This document shows positions 40,290 to 50,347 of a stretch of 64,000 bases of DNA, piece by piece. Source of the DNA: an uncultured Flaviramulus sp. GTDB lineage: Bacteria; Bacteroidota; Bacteroidia; Flavobacteriales; Flavobacteriaceae. Where the stretch lies: contig CANKVS010000007.1 in NCBI GenBank assembly GCA_947487155.1, positions 17,020 to 81,019 of the forward strand, in the 5' to 3' direction. A program made the translations under genes and the position numbers. Every line of letters begins with the position of its first letter. Position 1 is the stretch's first letter. The notes below the pieces were generated by a model. That model made no database searches. It saw only the letters and a program-made list of their open reading frames with translations, and was not told where the DNA came from.

Positions 40290-40295
40290 GCGGTT

Positions 40296-41513
40296 TTACT
40301 TCATATCCTCATAATTATAATCTGGATATAAAAAATGATTATACGGGAATCGGGTAACATGAATTTCCCTAACCTCATCGTAAACACGTTTTTTAAAATC
40401 TTCTAAATTCTGTTTATTTAAGGCCGAAATAAACAAGGCATTATTACCAACTTTACTCATCCAAGTTCTTTTCCATTCTTCAAGACTGTAATTGGCTCCA
40501 ATACGTTCTGCTATCAAATCGGTCTCATCAAAAGGTTCTGCTTGGTAAGCATCAATTTTATTAAACACCATAATAGTTGGTTTATCACCACTTTTTATTT
40601 CACCTAAAATCTTTTCTACAGAAGCAATGTGTTCTTCAAAATTAGGGTGCGAAATATCAACAACATGCAACAATAAATCGGCTTCCCTAACTTCGTCTAA
40701 GGTGCTTTTAAAACTATCAACCAATTGTGTGGGAAGCTTTCTAATAAAACCAACAGTATCACTTAATAAAAATGGTAAATTCTGAATAACTACTTTTCTA
40801 ACTGTGGTATCTAATGTTGCAAACAACTTATTTTCAGCAAATACCTCACTTTTGCTAACAACATTCATAAGAGTAGATTTTCCAACATTTGTATAACCTA
40901 CAAGTGCTACACGAACCATTTTACCACGATTACCACGTTGCACCGCCATTTGCTTGTCAATTGTTTTTATGCGGTCTTTTAACAGCGCAATTTTATCGCG
41001 TACTATACGTCTATCTGTTTCAATTTCGGTTTCTCCTGGTCCACGCATTCCAATACCTCCTTTTTGACGTTCGAGGTGCGTCCACATACCTCTTAATCGT
41101 GGTAATAAGTATTGGCATTGCGCTAATTCTACCTGTGTTCTAGCATAACTGGTTTGCGCTCGTTGTGCAAAAATATCGAGTATTAAATTCGTTCTATCTA
41201 AGACTTTACAATCAAGAATTTTACTAATATTACGTTCTTGTGCTGCCGATAATTCATCATCAAAAATAGCTGTACCTATATCATTATTTTCAATAAACTG
41301 GCGCACATCTTCCATTTTCCCTGTTCCAATAAAAGTTTTAGGATTAGGCATATCCATTTTTTGAGTAAAACGCTTTATGGCATATCCGCCTGCTGTAAAC
41401 GTTAAAAACTCCAACTCATCCAAATACTCTTTAGATTTTACTTCATCTTGATCTTTAGTAATAATCCCAATCAAAACGGCTCTTTCTAAAGCGATGTCTT
41501 TCTTTTCTATCAT
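40296..41513 (-). CDS. hflX: GTPase HflX.
   Basis: G1 GYTNVGKST, G3 DTVG, G4 NKID motifs and an HflX N-terminal domain; 405 aa. Confidence 0.9.
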   Translation of the reverse strand: MIEKKDIALERAVLIGIITKDQDEVKSKEYLDELEFLTFTAGGYAIKRFTQKMDMPNPKTFIGTGKMEDVRQFIENNDIGTAIFDDELSAAQERNISKILDCKVLDRTNLILDIFAQRAQTSYARTQVELAQCQYLLPRLRGMWTHLERQKGGIGMRGPGETEIETDRRIVRDKIALLKDRIKTIDKQMAVQRGNRGKMVRVALVGYTNVGKSTLMNVVSKSEVFAENKLFATLDTTVRKVVIQNLPFLLSDTVGFIRKLPTQLVDSFKSTLDEVREADLLLHVVDISHPNFEEHIASVEKILGEIKSGDKPTIMVFNKIDAYQAEPFDETDLIAERIGANYSLEEWKRTWMSKVGNNALFISALNKQNLEDFKKRVYDEVREIHVTRFPYNHFLYPDYNYEDMK

Positions 41514-41587
41514 ATAAATAAATATTGTACAAAGTTACATAATTGCAACCATTTTAATTTTTATATTTTTAAGCCTATTTTTGATTT

Positions 41588-42574
41588 ATGACAGACGCTT
41601 TTAAAGATATTCCTGTTCGGGATGATATGCAAACTATTGCATTCTACAATTTGGAAAACTTATTTGATTTATACGACGATAAACACACTAACGATAATGA
41701 TTTTCTGCCTACTTCAGTAAAAAAATGGACCCCTAAACGTTATGATAATAAACTTAGAAAATTAGGGTTTGCCATTTCTAATATTGGGTGGAAAGAAACG
41801 GGAAAACATCCAGCAATTGTTGGGCTTGCAGAAGTTGAAAATGCCACAGCTATTGAAGATCTTATCGCATCAAAACATTTAAAAGATTGTCATTATAGCT
41901 ATGTGCATTACGATTCGTTAGATGAACGTGGTATTGATGTTGCCTTATTATACGACACAACGGCTTTTAAAGTTATAACTTCTGAAACCTTTACCATACA
42001 CTTAACAGACGACGATGGATCTCCCGACTATACGCGCGATATCTTACTTGTTTCGGGGTTACTTGATGGCGAGCGTATTGATGTTTTAGTAAACCACTGG
42101 TCGTCTAGACGAGAAGGCGAAAAAGAAACTGAACATAAACGGATGGCTTCATCTAATAAGGTTGGTGAAATTATTACGGCGTTACGAAAAAATAATCCTG
42201 ATTCTAAAATTATTGTAATTGGCGACTTTAATGACGACCCATCTAATGCCAGTATTAAGCAGTTAGTGAACACGTACAATTTATACAATCCTATGGAAAC
42301 ACTACGATCGTATAATAGAGGAACAACAAACTACAATAGACAATGGAATTTATTCGATCAAATATTGTTTTCAACTAATTTTTTTGAAAGTGCAGACGAC
42401 GAATTTGAATATTATAAAGCTAATATTTTTGATGAAGAATTTTTAAAACTCTTTGACGGAAAATATAAAGGCACTCCATTTAGAACCTATGTTGGTAAAA
42501 AATACAAAGGTGGCTATAGCGACCATTTTCCTGTGTATGCTATTTTTAAGAAATCTCCGATACGTCTTCTGTAA
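41588..42574 (+). CDS. Endonuclease/exonuclease/phosphatase (EEP) family protein.
   Basis: 328 aa with EEP-fold catalytic motifs (N-terminal E, GDFN, SDH at the C-terminus). Confidence 0.65.
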   Translation: MTDAFKDIPVRDDMQTIAFYNLENLFDLYDDKHTNDNDFLPTSVKKWTPKRYDNKLRKLGFAISNIGWKETGKHPAIVGLAEVENATAIEDLIASKHLKDCHYSYVHYDSLDERGIDVALLYDTTAFKVITSETFTIHLTDDDGSPDYTRDILLVSGLLDGERIDVLVNHWSSRREGEKETEHKRMASSNKVGEIITALRKNNPDSKIIVIGDFNDDPSNASIKQLVNTYNLYNPMETLRSYNRGTTNYNRQWNLFDQILFSTNFFESADDEFEYYKANIFDEEFLKLFDGKYKGTPFRTYVGKKYKGGYSDHFPVYAIFKKSPIRLL

Positions 42575-42743
42575 AAACAGAGAAATACCCATTGTTCTTT
42601 CCATTATAGAAATCCCATTTATCATGAGTATATTGGTTTTTTGGAACAAGTTGTATTACTCCGCTACTAACATCATAATACTAAACCCAATTAGTTGGGA
42701 AACTGAAATGTAACTACTTAAATCCCGCAATTAATTGCCCACT

Positions 42744-43496
42744 TTAATACGTTTTCAATTCCAAATGCTCCCCATCAAAAACACCATAAGTGTAATACGA
42801 AATCCAATCACCAAGATTAATGTACTTAGATTGTTCATTAAGGTCTATATTTAATGGTAAATGCCTATGGCCAAATACAAAATAATCGTGATGTTTACTT
42901 TCAAGTTTGCGTTTGCAGTATTGTACTAACCACTCATTGTCTTCACCAAGAAACGTAACATCGTCATCTCCAGAAATGAGTTTGTTTTTTATCGATAAAT
43001 GCTGAGCAAGACGCACACCAATATCTGGATGTAGCCACCTAAATAGCCATTTACAAAAAGGGTTTGTAAACACTTTTTTCATACGTTTATAGCCCTTATC
43101 TCCAGGGCCTAAACCATCGCCATGACCTATAAAAAAGGTTTTGTTATTAAAGGTGAACGTTTTGGGTTTGTGGTAAACAGGAATGTTGAGTTCTTCTTCA
43201 AAATAGCCGTTCATCCAAAGGTCGTGATTGCCAACAAAATAATAGATTGGAATTCCAGAATCACTAATTTCGGCTAGTTTTCCAAGAGTTCGTGTAAACC
43301 CTTTTGGAACTACTTTTTTATACTCCATCCAAAAATCGAATAAATCGCCTAAAAGGAAAATGGCAGCAGCATCTTTTTTTATGTGGTCTAACCAAGCGAC
43401 AAACTTTTTTTCGCGAGGAAGGGATGCTTCGTGTGTTGGTGCTCCTAAATGATTATCGGATGCGAAATATATTTTTTTTCCTTGTGGAATTTGCAT
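42744..43496 (-). CDS. Calcineurin-like metallophosphoesterase, UDP-2,3-diacylglucosamine hydrolase (LpxH)-like.
   Basis: YFASDNHLG, GDLFDFW, GNHD and GHRH motifs; 250 aa. Confidence 0.7.
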   Translation of the reverse strand: MQIPQGKKIYFASDNHLGAPTHEASLPREKKFVAWLDHIKKDAAAIFLLGDLFDFWMEYKKVVPKGFTRTLGKLAEISDSGIPIYYFVGNHDLWMNGYFEEELNIPVYHKPKTFTFNNKTFFIGHGDGLGPGDKGYKRMKKVFTNPFCKWLFRWLHPDIGVRLAQHLSIKNKLISGDDDVTFLGEDNEWLVQYCKRKLESKHHDYFVFGHRHLPLNIDLNEQSKYINLGDWISYYTYGVFDGEHLELKTY

Positions 43497-43700
43497 GTTG
43501 TAAATATAAATAATTCCTGCGAAGACAGTAATTTCACTATTATGAATTTGTAATATTAATTAAAGTTAGCCTTATACGCTAGGGATTGAAGTCCTTCTAC
43601 TCCGCTCAAGATAAACTTATCCTTTTATTTGGACATTGAGCGTAGCCAAAATGCCCAAATAAAAAGATATAGCGAAAAGCCCGACCTAAAAGGGAACGCC

Positions 43701-44153
43701 CTAAATATTATCGGAAGCAAACCATTCGGCAAACGAGGTTTCTGTTTCTTGAAGTTTAAGGGAATGCAATGAAATGTGATTTGGCAACCGCTTTTTTATT
43801 TTTTTTGCAAAATCGATAACCATCATTTCGCTAGTTGGTTGATAATCTACTAAAAGCACATTATGACCTCGATCTTCAAGCTCTTTAGCCAGTTCTACAT
43901 GCGGCGTGTTTTTGTTAAATACAGTGGCATGATCGAATATGTTTACGATGTCTTCCTTCACAATTTTTTTTAAATCGCCAAAATCGATAACCATTCCAAA
44001 TTTTACATTTGTATGGTCTGTGATGGGCTTTCCAAAAACAGTAACCGATAGTTTATAACTGTGCCCATGTACATTTTTACACTTGCCATCGTACCCATAA
44101 AGGGCATGACCTGTCTCGAAAGAAAATTGTTTTGTAATTCGAATATTGCTCAT
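43701..44153 (-). CDS. queD: 6-carboxy-5,6,7,8-tetrahydropterin synthase (QueD / PTPS family).
   Basis: 150 aa with a CxxxHGH zinc-binding motif (CKNVHGHSY) and a PTPS fold. Confidence 0.85.
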   Translation of the reverse strand: MSNIRITKQFSFETGHALYGYDGKCKNVHGHSYKLSVTVFGKPITDHTNVKFGMVIDFGDLKKIVKEDIVNIFDHATVFNKNTPHVELAKELEDRGHNVLLVDYQPTSEMMVIDFAKKIKKRLPNHISLHSLKLQETETSFAEWFASDNI

Positions 44154-44439
44154 TAGCGTCGTTTGTTTCTATTGTAAAAATAAATAACAATTAAGACGAT
44201 TGCTAGTAATAAAAAAAGTATGTTTCCACCCATTTTACTCTTTATTTAAACGTTTTTTGTTATAATAATAAATGGCATATGCTATAAGTACTAATACAAC
44301 AAACGGGAGTATTGAACCTATAAAAACACCTATTTCGTAACCCTTATCTGGAGCGTTTTGTATTTTTCCTTCAATAATTTCTACCTGCTGTAAAAACGTA
44401 AAGACTAGTTGCATATTATTTGTGCTTGCTTGTACAAAG

Positions 44440-45792
44440 TTAGTTGTTTTGTGAAAGCGGAATAAATATTTTTCTAAATTTTATAATTAATGGAAATCCT
44501 CTAACAATTATCCATAACATAATGCCTATAAAAATAGCATGTAGCTTATAATTTAAATAGTCTAGATAGAATAATACTGGTAGAAATACTAAGAATGTAG
44601 AGATTAATAATAGATTACGTAAGTATTTCATTTTACCAAGACCTTTAAAAATACCATCGAAAATGAAGGCTAAGGCACAAAATGGCTGCATTATTAATAC
44701 CAGCCAGAATATATTATAAAAAGCAGCTAAAACCTCTTGGTCTTTTGTAAAGAGTGCCCCCAATGGGTAATATAAAAAGGTTCCCAAAAGCCCTGTTGCA
44801 GCCCCCATTACTATACCATATTTAATGAGTTTATTACTTAAAATTATAAGCAAATGGTATTGTTTTGCGCCAAATAATTTGCCCGATAATATGTTTCCAG
44901 CACTGGAATAGCCATCTATAATAAAAGCAGCTAAAAACCATAAATTAATAGCTATGGTATAAGCAGCTATGTATTGCGCACCATAACTGGTAGCAAAAGC
45001 ACTAGCAAAATAAAGTGTAACGTTTAATGCCACAGTACGAACAAAAAGATTAAGAATCATGCCAATAAAACGTTTAATCTCTTTATTAAAAGGAAAACTT
45101 AGTTTTAATGGAATAATTGTTTTTTTAAGTAAAAAATATGCAGCTAAAAATGCCATAATAAATTGGGCAATAACACTGGCATAAGCGGCACCTTTAATAT
45201 GCATTGGAGAAATAAACCCAGTAATTCCATAAACTAAAACAACATCTAAAACAATGTTAACCAATGCTCCAATAATAGCAATAACCATAGGGTAATACGT
45301 GTTTTGAAGCCCCCTAAATGCTCCAAAAACAGCAATTGTAAATAAGGTAAAAGGAAACCCAAAGACTCTTATTTTATAGTAAACTACGCTGTATTCTAAA
45401 ATTAAATTTGAAGCATTGTATAGCTTGAAAATGTGTTGAGCTATAGGATATGTTCCAATAATGATTAAAACACTTAACGATGTAATTATAAAAATAGCTT
45501 GGGCTGGAAGGTTTTTAATTTTATCTATTTGATTGGCTCCAACATATTGTGATACAATAGACGAAATAGCACTTCGTGTTTGCCCTAAAACCCAAATGAG
45601 CATAGACATAAATGTGGTAACAATACCAATTGCTGCTAACGATTCGGTTGCATTTATAGATATGTTACCTACTATAGCGGCATCGGTTAAAGACAAAACA
45701 GGTTCTGATATTCCAGAAATTAATGCTGGAATTGCAAGCTTATTTATATTTTTAAAACTTATTTGACTGTTCAAAATACAAGTTCGTAACAA
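44440..45792 (-). CDS. MATE-family multidrug/oligosaccharide efflux transporter.
   Basis: 450 aa with 12 TM segments and MATE-type repeats. Confidence 0.7.
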   Translation of the reverse strand: MLRTCILNSQISFKNINKLAIPALISGISEPVLSLTDAAIVGNISINATESLAAIGIVTTFMSMLIWVLGQTRSAISSIVSQYVGANQIDKIKNLPAQAIFIITSLSVLIIIGTYPIAQHIFKLYNASNLILEYSVVYYKIRVFGFPFTLFTIAVFGAFRGLQNTYYPMVIAIIGALVNIVLDVVLVYGITGFISPMHIKGAAYASVIAQFIMAFLAAYFLLKKTIIPLKLSFPFNKEIKRFIGMILNLFVRTVALNVTLYFASAFATSYGAQYIAAYTIAINLWFLAAFIIDGYSSAGNILSGKLFGAKQYHLLIILSNKLIKYGIVMGAATGLLGTFLYYPLGALFTKDQEVLAAFYNIFWLVLIMQPFCALAFIFDGIFKGLGKMKYLRNLLLISTFLVFLPVLFYLDYLNYKLHAIFIGIMLWIIVRGFPLIIKFRKIFIPLSQNN

Positions 45793-46271
45793 TAAAAAGG
45801 ATGAGGACTCTGCTTAGGAAAGTGTATCTCCCCTAAGCGTTTATAACCGCGTTTTTCATAAATTTTTTGATTTCTAAGGTTTTTAGAAAAGGTATCTAAT
45901 CTAACCGAAGGGAAATTGTTTTCTCTAGCAAAACGCTCTGCAAATGTCATTAATTTTTGAGCATACCCTTTACCTTGATGTTTAGGGTTTATAGCTAAAC
46001 GATGAATATAAATAGTGTTATTGCTTTCTGTTAACCAAGAAATGGGTATGTATTCGTTGTCCATAAATGTTGAAATAACCACACATCCAATTAATTGAGC
46101 GGTATCTTCTAAAACATATAACTCACCTCTTAAAACATCATTTTTAAATGCCAATTCGTTAGGATAGTGCGCGTTCCATTGGTAAATCCCATTTTTAATC
46201 ATGGTTTTGGCACAAGCTTTAGTTATTTCTATTATCCTATCTATATCTTGAAGCGTTCCTTTCCGAATCAT
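45771..46271 (-). CDS. GNAT-family N-acetyltransferase.
   Basis: 166 aa with acetyl-CoA-binding motif A (RLAINPKHQGKGYAQKL). Confidence 0.75.
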   Translation of the reverse strand: MIRKGTLQDIDRIIEITKACAKTMIKNGIYQWNAHYPNELAFKNDVLRGELYVLEDTAQLIGCVVISTFMDNEYIPISWLTESNNTIYIHRLAINPKHQGKGYAQKLMTFAERFARENNFPSVRLDTFSKNLRNQKIYEKRGYKRLGEIHFPKQSPHPFYCYELVF

Positions 46272-46329
46272 TTTTAATGTTTACTTTTGCATAAATATTG
46301 CTGTAAATTTAGTCTTTAAATTATTTATT

Positions 46330-47124
46330 ATGAAGAATATTTTAGTTCCCGTTGGCTCATCTAAAAATGCTTTAAGTCATTTACAGTATGCTGTAGATTT
46401 TGCTGAAGCTTTTGGTGCAAAACTTTATATTGTACAGGTGTATAATGTTTATACAAAGGCAGGAACTATGATTAGTGTCGATCAGATTATTGAACGTGAA
46501 AGTAGAACTTTTTTAAATGATCTGGTTTCTAAGATAGACACCAAAAGTGTTGATGTTGTTGTTAAAACTTTAAAAGGAAAATTAGTAGATACTTTAGAGT
46601 TAGCATGTAAAGTAGGACATGTCGATTTAATTTTAGTAGAACCTAGAACAAACTCTATAAAAGATGAAGTTTTTTTAGGAAGAACATCTGGGAAAATAAT
46701 TAAACAAACTAATATCCCCGCACTAATAGTACCTGAAGGCTATACGTTTAAACCATTTAACAAAGCTTTATTGGCAATTAAATCGGCTATTATAAAAAAG
46801 GAAAATGCATTAGAACCTTTACTTAGTATTAAACATCAATTTAATGTTGTTTTAAATTTATTATTGGTAAAAACACCCTACTATAATGATGGCGATTTTG
46901 ATGTTAAAGAAAATTTAAGCAGTATAATTAACAATATTAAGGAAACAGAAAACGCTACAACATTTCAAGGTGTTTTACAGCATTTCGAATCGCATAGCCC
47001 AGATTTACTATGTGTGGTAAGACGTAAAAGAGGATTTTTTACAAAGAAATGGGAGAAAAATGTAATATTGAAAAAGGATTTTTCAAGCTCAATTCCTGTT
47101 TTGGTTTTAAGAGGGTTGAAGTAG
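46330..47124 (+). CDS. Tandem-domain universal stress protein (UspA family).
   Basis: 264 aa with two Usp-like alpha/beta domains (N-terminal ILVPVGSS ... ). Confidence 0.65.
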   Translation: MKNILVPVGSSKNALSHLQYAVDFAEAFGAKLYIVQVYNVYTKAGTMISVDQIIERESRTFLNDLVSKIDTKSVDVVVKTLKGKLVDTLELACKVGHVDLILVEPRTNSIKDEVFLGRTSGKIIKQTNIPALIVPEGYTFKPFNKALLAIKSAIIKKENALEPLLSIKHQFNVVLNLLLVKTPYYNDGDFDVKENLSSIINNIKETENATTFQGVLQHFESHSPDLLCVVRRKRGFFTKKWEKNVILKKDFSSSIPVLVLRGLK

Positions 47125-47188
47125 AATGTAAAAAGACGTTGTTATAATAGGCAGCAGATTCATGCATGATAATTAATTTTACAGTATT

Positions 47189-48157
47189 CTATACCGTTTT
47201 TTCTTCTTCGTTTAGTGGTATGTTTTTTTCCTTACAATACTTTTCAATTTCTGAATCTGTTTTAAAATAGTCATCGCAGAAACTTTCAAATTCTTTTTTT
47301 GTTCCTTTTATATATTTTTCAGGAGCAATTAACATAGTTTCAGTTTGTCCAATAAACTTTTCAAATTCAGAATTGATTTCGCACAACTTATCCATTGTTT
47401 TAAAATCCAATTCTTTGTAAGTTGGTTGAAACAAAACTTTACTTTCATAAGGATTTCCGTTTAACTCTATAATTCCTATTCCGAAAGACTGGTTTAGTCT
47501 TTCCATTTCATTCATTAGATTTTTACTTATTTCAAAAGCAACTAAATATCCATAATTAGCCCAACTTGAATTAGAAACGGCTTGAAAGAAGCATTTTTTC
47601 AATTCGTAATCGGACTTTATTTCCCGTTTTAATTCATATGATATTAAGTTAAATGCGTCAGCTTTATTTATTACTTTTAATAGCGCATTGCTTGAAGCAT
47701 TTTTGAGATTCAAAAAATCAATTCCTAGCATATCTGGATGTATCCATTTTTGGTGGTCATCTTTACTGTTTGCAGATTTTTTGTGAAATATTGTTTTTGA
47801 ATAGACATTTTGACTTTTCAAGTAAGAACTTAAAAGTTTGTGTAAATCTCTTTCTTGGTATTTTTTTGAAGCAGGTTTTTTAGACAAAGATTCTATTTCA
47901 ACAACTTCAGAAAGATTTAACTCACCTTCATATTTGGCTAAATAACATTCAAATCCCTTTTTCCCTTTTACACGTTTAACTCTTGAATCGTTTTGCCTAA
48001 TAAAATGACCTAATTGTGCACCAATTGTATCAGAAGGAGTCTTTGCGTTTCCCCAATCAATATAACTCTTTTCATCAATCATTTTCAGAACTTCTAAATA
48101 TGTGAAAGAACCAATGTTATCTTCTAATACTTTTAAAATAGCTTCTTTTATTGTCAT
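47189..48157 (-). CDS. HARE-HTH domain protein with a C-terminal PD-(D/E)xK-like nuclease region (HrgA/Mrr-like solitary restriction-type endonuclease).
   Basis: The N-terminus KEAILKVLEDNIGSFTYLEVLKMI...KTPSDTIGAQL...RVKRVKGKKGFECYL matches HARE-HTH. Downstream, IHPDMLGIDF ... ISYELKREIK fits the PD...(D/E)xK spacing. Confidence 0.55.
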   Translation of the reverse strand: MTIKEAILKVLEDNIGSFTYLEVLKMIDEKSYIDWGNAKTPSDTIGAQLGHFIRQNDSRVKRVKGKKGFECYLAKYEGELNLSEVVEIESLSKKPASKKYQERDLHKLLSSYLKSQNVYSKTIFHKKSANSKDDHQKWIHPDMLGIDFLNLKNASSNALLKVINKADAFNLISYELKREIKSDYELKKCFFQAVSNSSWANYGYLVAFEISKNLMNEMERLNQSFGIGIIELNGNPYESKVLFQPTYKELDFKTMDKLCEINSEFEKFIGQTETMLIAPEKYIKGTKKEFESFCDDYFKTDSEIEKYCKEKNIPLNEEEKTV

Positions 48158-48409
48158 TTATTCATAATTTTTGTGAATAATTATATTAGGGTATAAAAAT
48201 AAAGTTGTGTTTCATACTTATGCAAATTCAGCATGAAGTAAACTTTATCAATCATTAAACGAATATAGCTGTTTTTTCTGTCAAATTCAAGCTTAATCCA
48301 ACTCAATATTTTGTTAATAACCCATAGTTGTTTTAACAGTTTTCATTAAAAATAATATCTAATTTTATAGGGTTAGGTATTCCCCTTTACATTCAAAACT
48401 ATAAATATT

Positions 48410-49483
48410 ATGAACCCCAAATCTACCATAAAAGGACGTGGTGCTCAACTAAATGTCCCCAATCGTTTCTTCGAATTAAGTCATGAAATGCGTGACGATT
48501 TTTTAGAGTTTTGTCAAAAGGAAGGTGAAGAAAGCGATAAAAATAAAACCTTGTATTTAGAGGTTTTTCCTAAAACGATAGTTAATAAAGTTGAAAGTCC
48601 AGATATTGGGATGATGTACTCCATGAATTCGTATCAAGGTTGCGAACATGGTTGTATTTATTGTTATGCCCGAAATTCTCACGAATATTGGGGGTATAGT
48701 GCGGGTTTAGATTTTGAGCGTCGAATTATGGTTAAAAAAGATGCCCCAAAATTGTTAGAAGCAGTAATAAAAAAGAAGTGTTGGAAAGCACACCCCATAG
48801 TAATGTCTGGAAATACCGATTGTTACCAACCAGCAGAAAAACAGTTTAAAATAACACGAGAATGTTTAAAGGTGTTTTTAAAGTACAAACATCCTGTTGC
48901 TATCATTACAAAAAATGCTTTAATATGCCGCGATTTAGATATTTTAAAGCCGTTAGCAAAAGAAAACTTGATTGGTGTAAATATTTCTATTACGTCACTA
49001 TCTGAAGATACCAGACGTATTTTAGAACCTAGAACAGCAACTATTAAAAAGCGTTTAGAAACGGTAAGCATATTAAGTGAAAATGGTATTCCAGTTAACG
49101 TGATGCTAGCCCCTATTATTCCATCTATAAATAGTCATGAAATTTTACCATTAGCAAAAGCAGCATCAGAACATGGTGCTTTAGGTATAGCGCATACCAT
49201 TGTAAGACTTAATGGTGCTATTGGGCAAATTTTTTCAGATTGGATACATAAAACCATGCCAGACAGAGCCGAAAAAGTATTACACCAAATAGAAAATTGC
49301 CACGGTGGAACATTAAACGATAGCCGCTACGGAACCAGAATGCGATGCGAAGGTAAAATAGCAGAACAGATAAATACTTTAGTTAGACTAGCCAGAAAGA
49401 AATATTTTAAAGATAAACGAATGCCTAAATTAAATGTAGATTTGCACGAGCAATTTAAAGATGGGCAGTTAAAATTATTTTAG
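48410..49483 (+). CDS. Radical SAM protein of the spore-photoproduct-lyase / DNA-repair-photolyase-like (PA0069/Rv2578c) family.
   Basis: 357 aa with a CEHGCIYCYA radical-SAM Cys triad and a TIM-barrel core. Confidence 0.75.
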   Translation: MNPKSTIKGRGAQLNVPNRFFELSHEMRDDFLEFCQKEGEESDKNKTLYLEVFPKTIVNKVESPDIGMMYSMNSYQGCEHGCIYCYARNSHEYWGYSAGLDFERRIMVKKDAPKLLEAVIKKKCWKAHPIVMSGNTDCYQPAEKQFKITRECLKVFLKYKHPVAIITKNALICRDLDILKPLAKENLIGVNISITSLSEDTRRILEPRTATIKKRLETVSILSENGIPVNVMLAPIIPSINSHEILPLAKAASEHGALGIAHTIVRLNGAIGQIFSDWIHKTMPDRAEKVLHQIENCHGGTLNDSRYGTRMRCEGKIAEQINTLVRLARKKYFKDKRMPKLNVDLHEQFKDGQLKLF

Positions 49484-50133
49484 GCTTTACCATGCCATTC
49501 GTTATAAAATTGGTCTAAAAAGTTTTGCATATAAATGTGCCTATTTAAAGCAATTTGCTTCCCCGTTTTAGTGTTCATTCTATCTTTTAACAGCAATAAT
49601 TTTTCGTAAAAATGATTAATAGTTGGAGACGTTGATGTTTTATATTCAGCTTTACTCATATTAAGATTTGGTTTAATTTCTGGGTTGTAAAGTTGCCTGT
49701 CTTTAAAACCGCCATAATTAAAACAACGTGCAATACCAATAGCACCAATAGCATCTAATCGATCTGCATCTTGTACCACATCTAATTCTGCCGATTTAAA
49801 CTTTTGAGCTTCATTACCCCCTTTAAAAGAAATGTTTTCAATAATATTTACAACATGTTCAATAATAGTAGAATCTACATTGAGTTTGAATAAAAACTCA
49901 CGGGCTATTTTAGGTCCAACGGTTTCATCACCATCATGGAATTTGCTATCGGCAATATCATGCAATAAAGCTCCAAGCGATACTACAAATTCATCAACAG
50001 GTTCTGTTTTAGCAATTAGTAATGCATTTTTATACACCCGCTCTATATGAAACCAATCATGCCCACCTTCAGCATTGGCAAGGGTGTCTTTTACAAAAAC
50101 TATGGTTTTATTTATTGTTTCTTTGGAAGACAT
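49480..50133 (-). CDS. HD-domain phosphohydrolase.
   Basis: HD motif (H...HD...D) in DWFHIERV ... LLHDIAD; 217 aa. Confidence 0.75.
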   Translation of the reverse strand: MSSKETINKTIVFVKDTLANAEGGHDWFHIERVYKNALLIAKTEPVDEFVVSLGALLHDIADSKFHDGDETVGPKIAREFLFKLNVDSTIIEHVVNIIENISFKGGNEAQKFKSAELDVVQDADRLDAIGAIGIARCFNYGGFKDRQLYNPEIKPNLNMSKAEYKTSTSPTINHFYEKLLLLKDRMNTKTGKQIALNRHIYMQNFLDQFYNEWHGKA

Positions 50134-50217
50134 ATTTGGTAAAAATAAAAATTCCTTTTGGTTTGTAAAAGCACTGAATTATAAATTAAACAGATGTGTG
50201 TTAGAGTTTTATAAAAC

Positions 50218-50301
50218 TAGTCACCCTGAACTTGTTTCAAGGTCTCATTAGAACATAAAATTAGGGCTGTTATGTGATTCTGAAACAAGTTCAGAATGAC
50301 G
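50218..50301. repeat. Inverted pair of GAACTTGTTTCAG-family palindromic repeat units.
   Basis: caccctgaacttgtttcaaggtc at 50221-50243 is opposed by attctgaaacaagttcagaatgac at 50277-50300. Confidence 0.65.
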
Positions 50302-50347
50302 TATATTTCAACTTTAAGTGTTTTTAGATAATTTAAATTATTGAATA

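Noticed and set aside
40889-41143. 84-aa plus-strand ORF.
   Set aside because: It lies antisense inside hflX.
43497-43700. 204-bp intergenic region between lpxH-like and queD, considered for a preQ1 riboswitch.
   Set aside because: It lies downstream of queD, not upstream, on the coding strand. No preQ1-I/II consensus is recognisable by eye.
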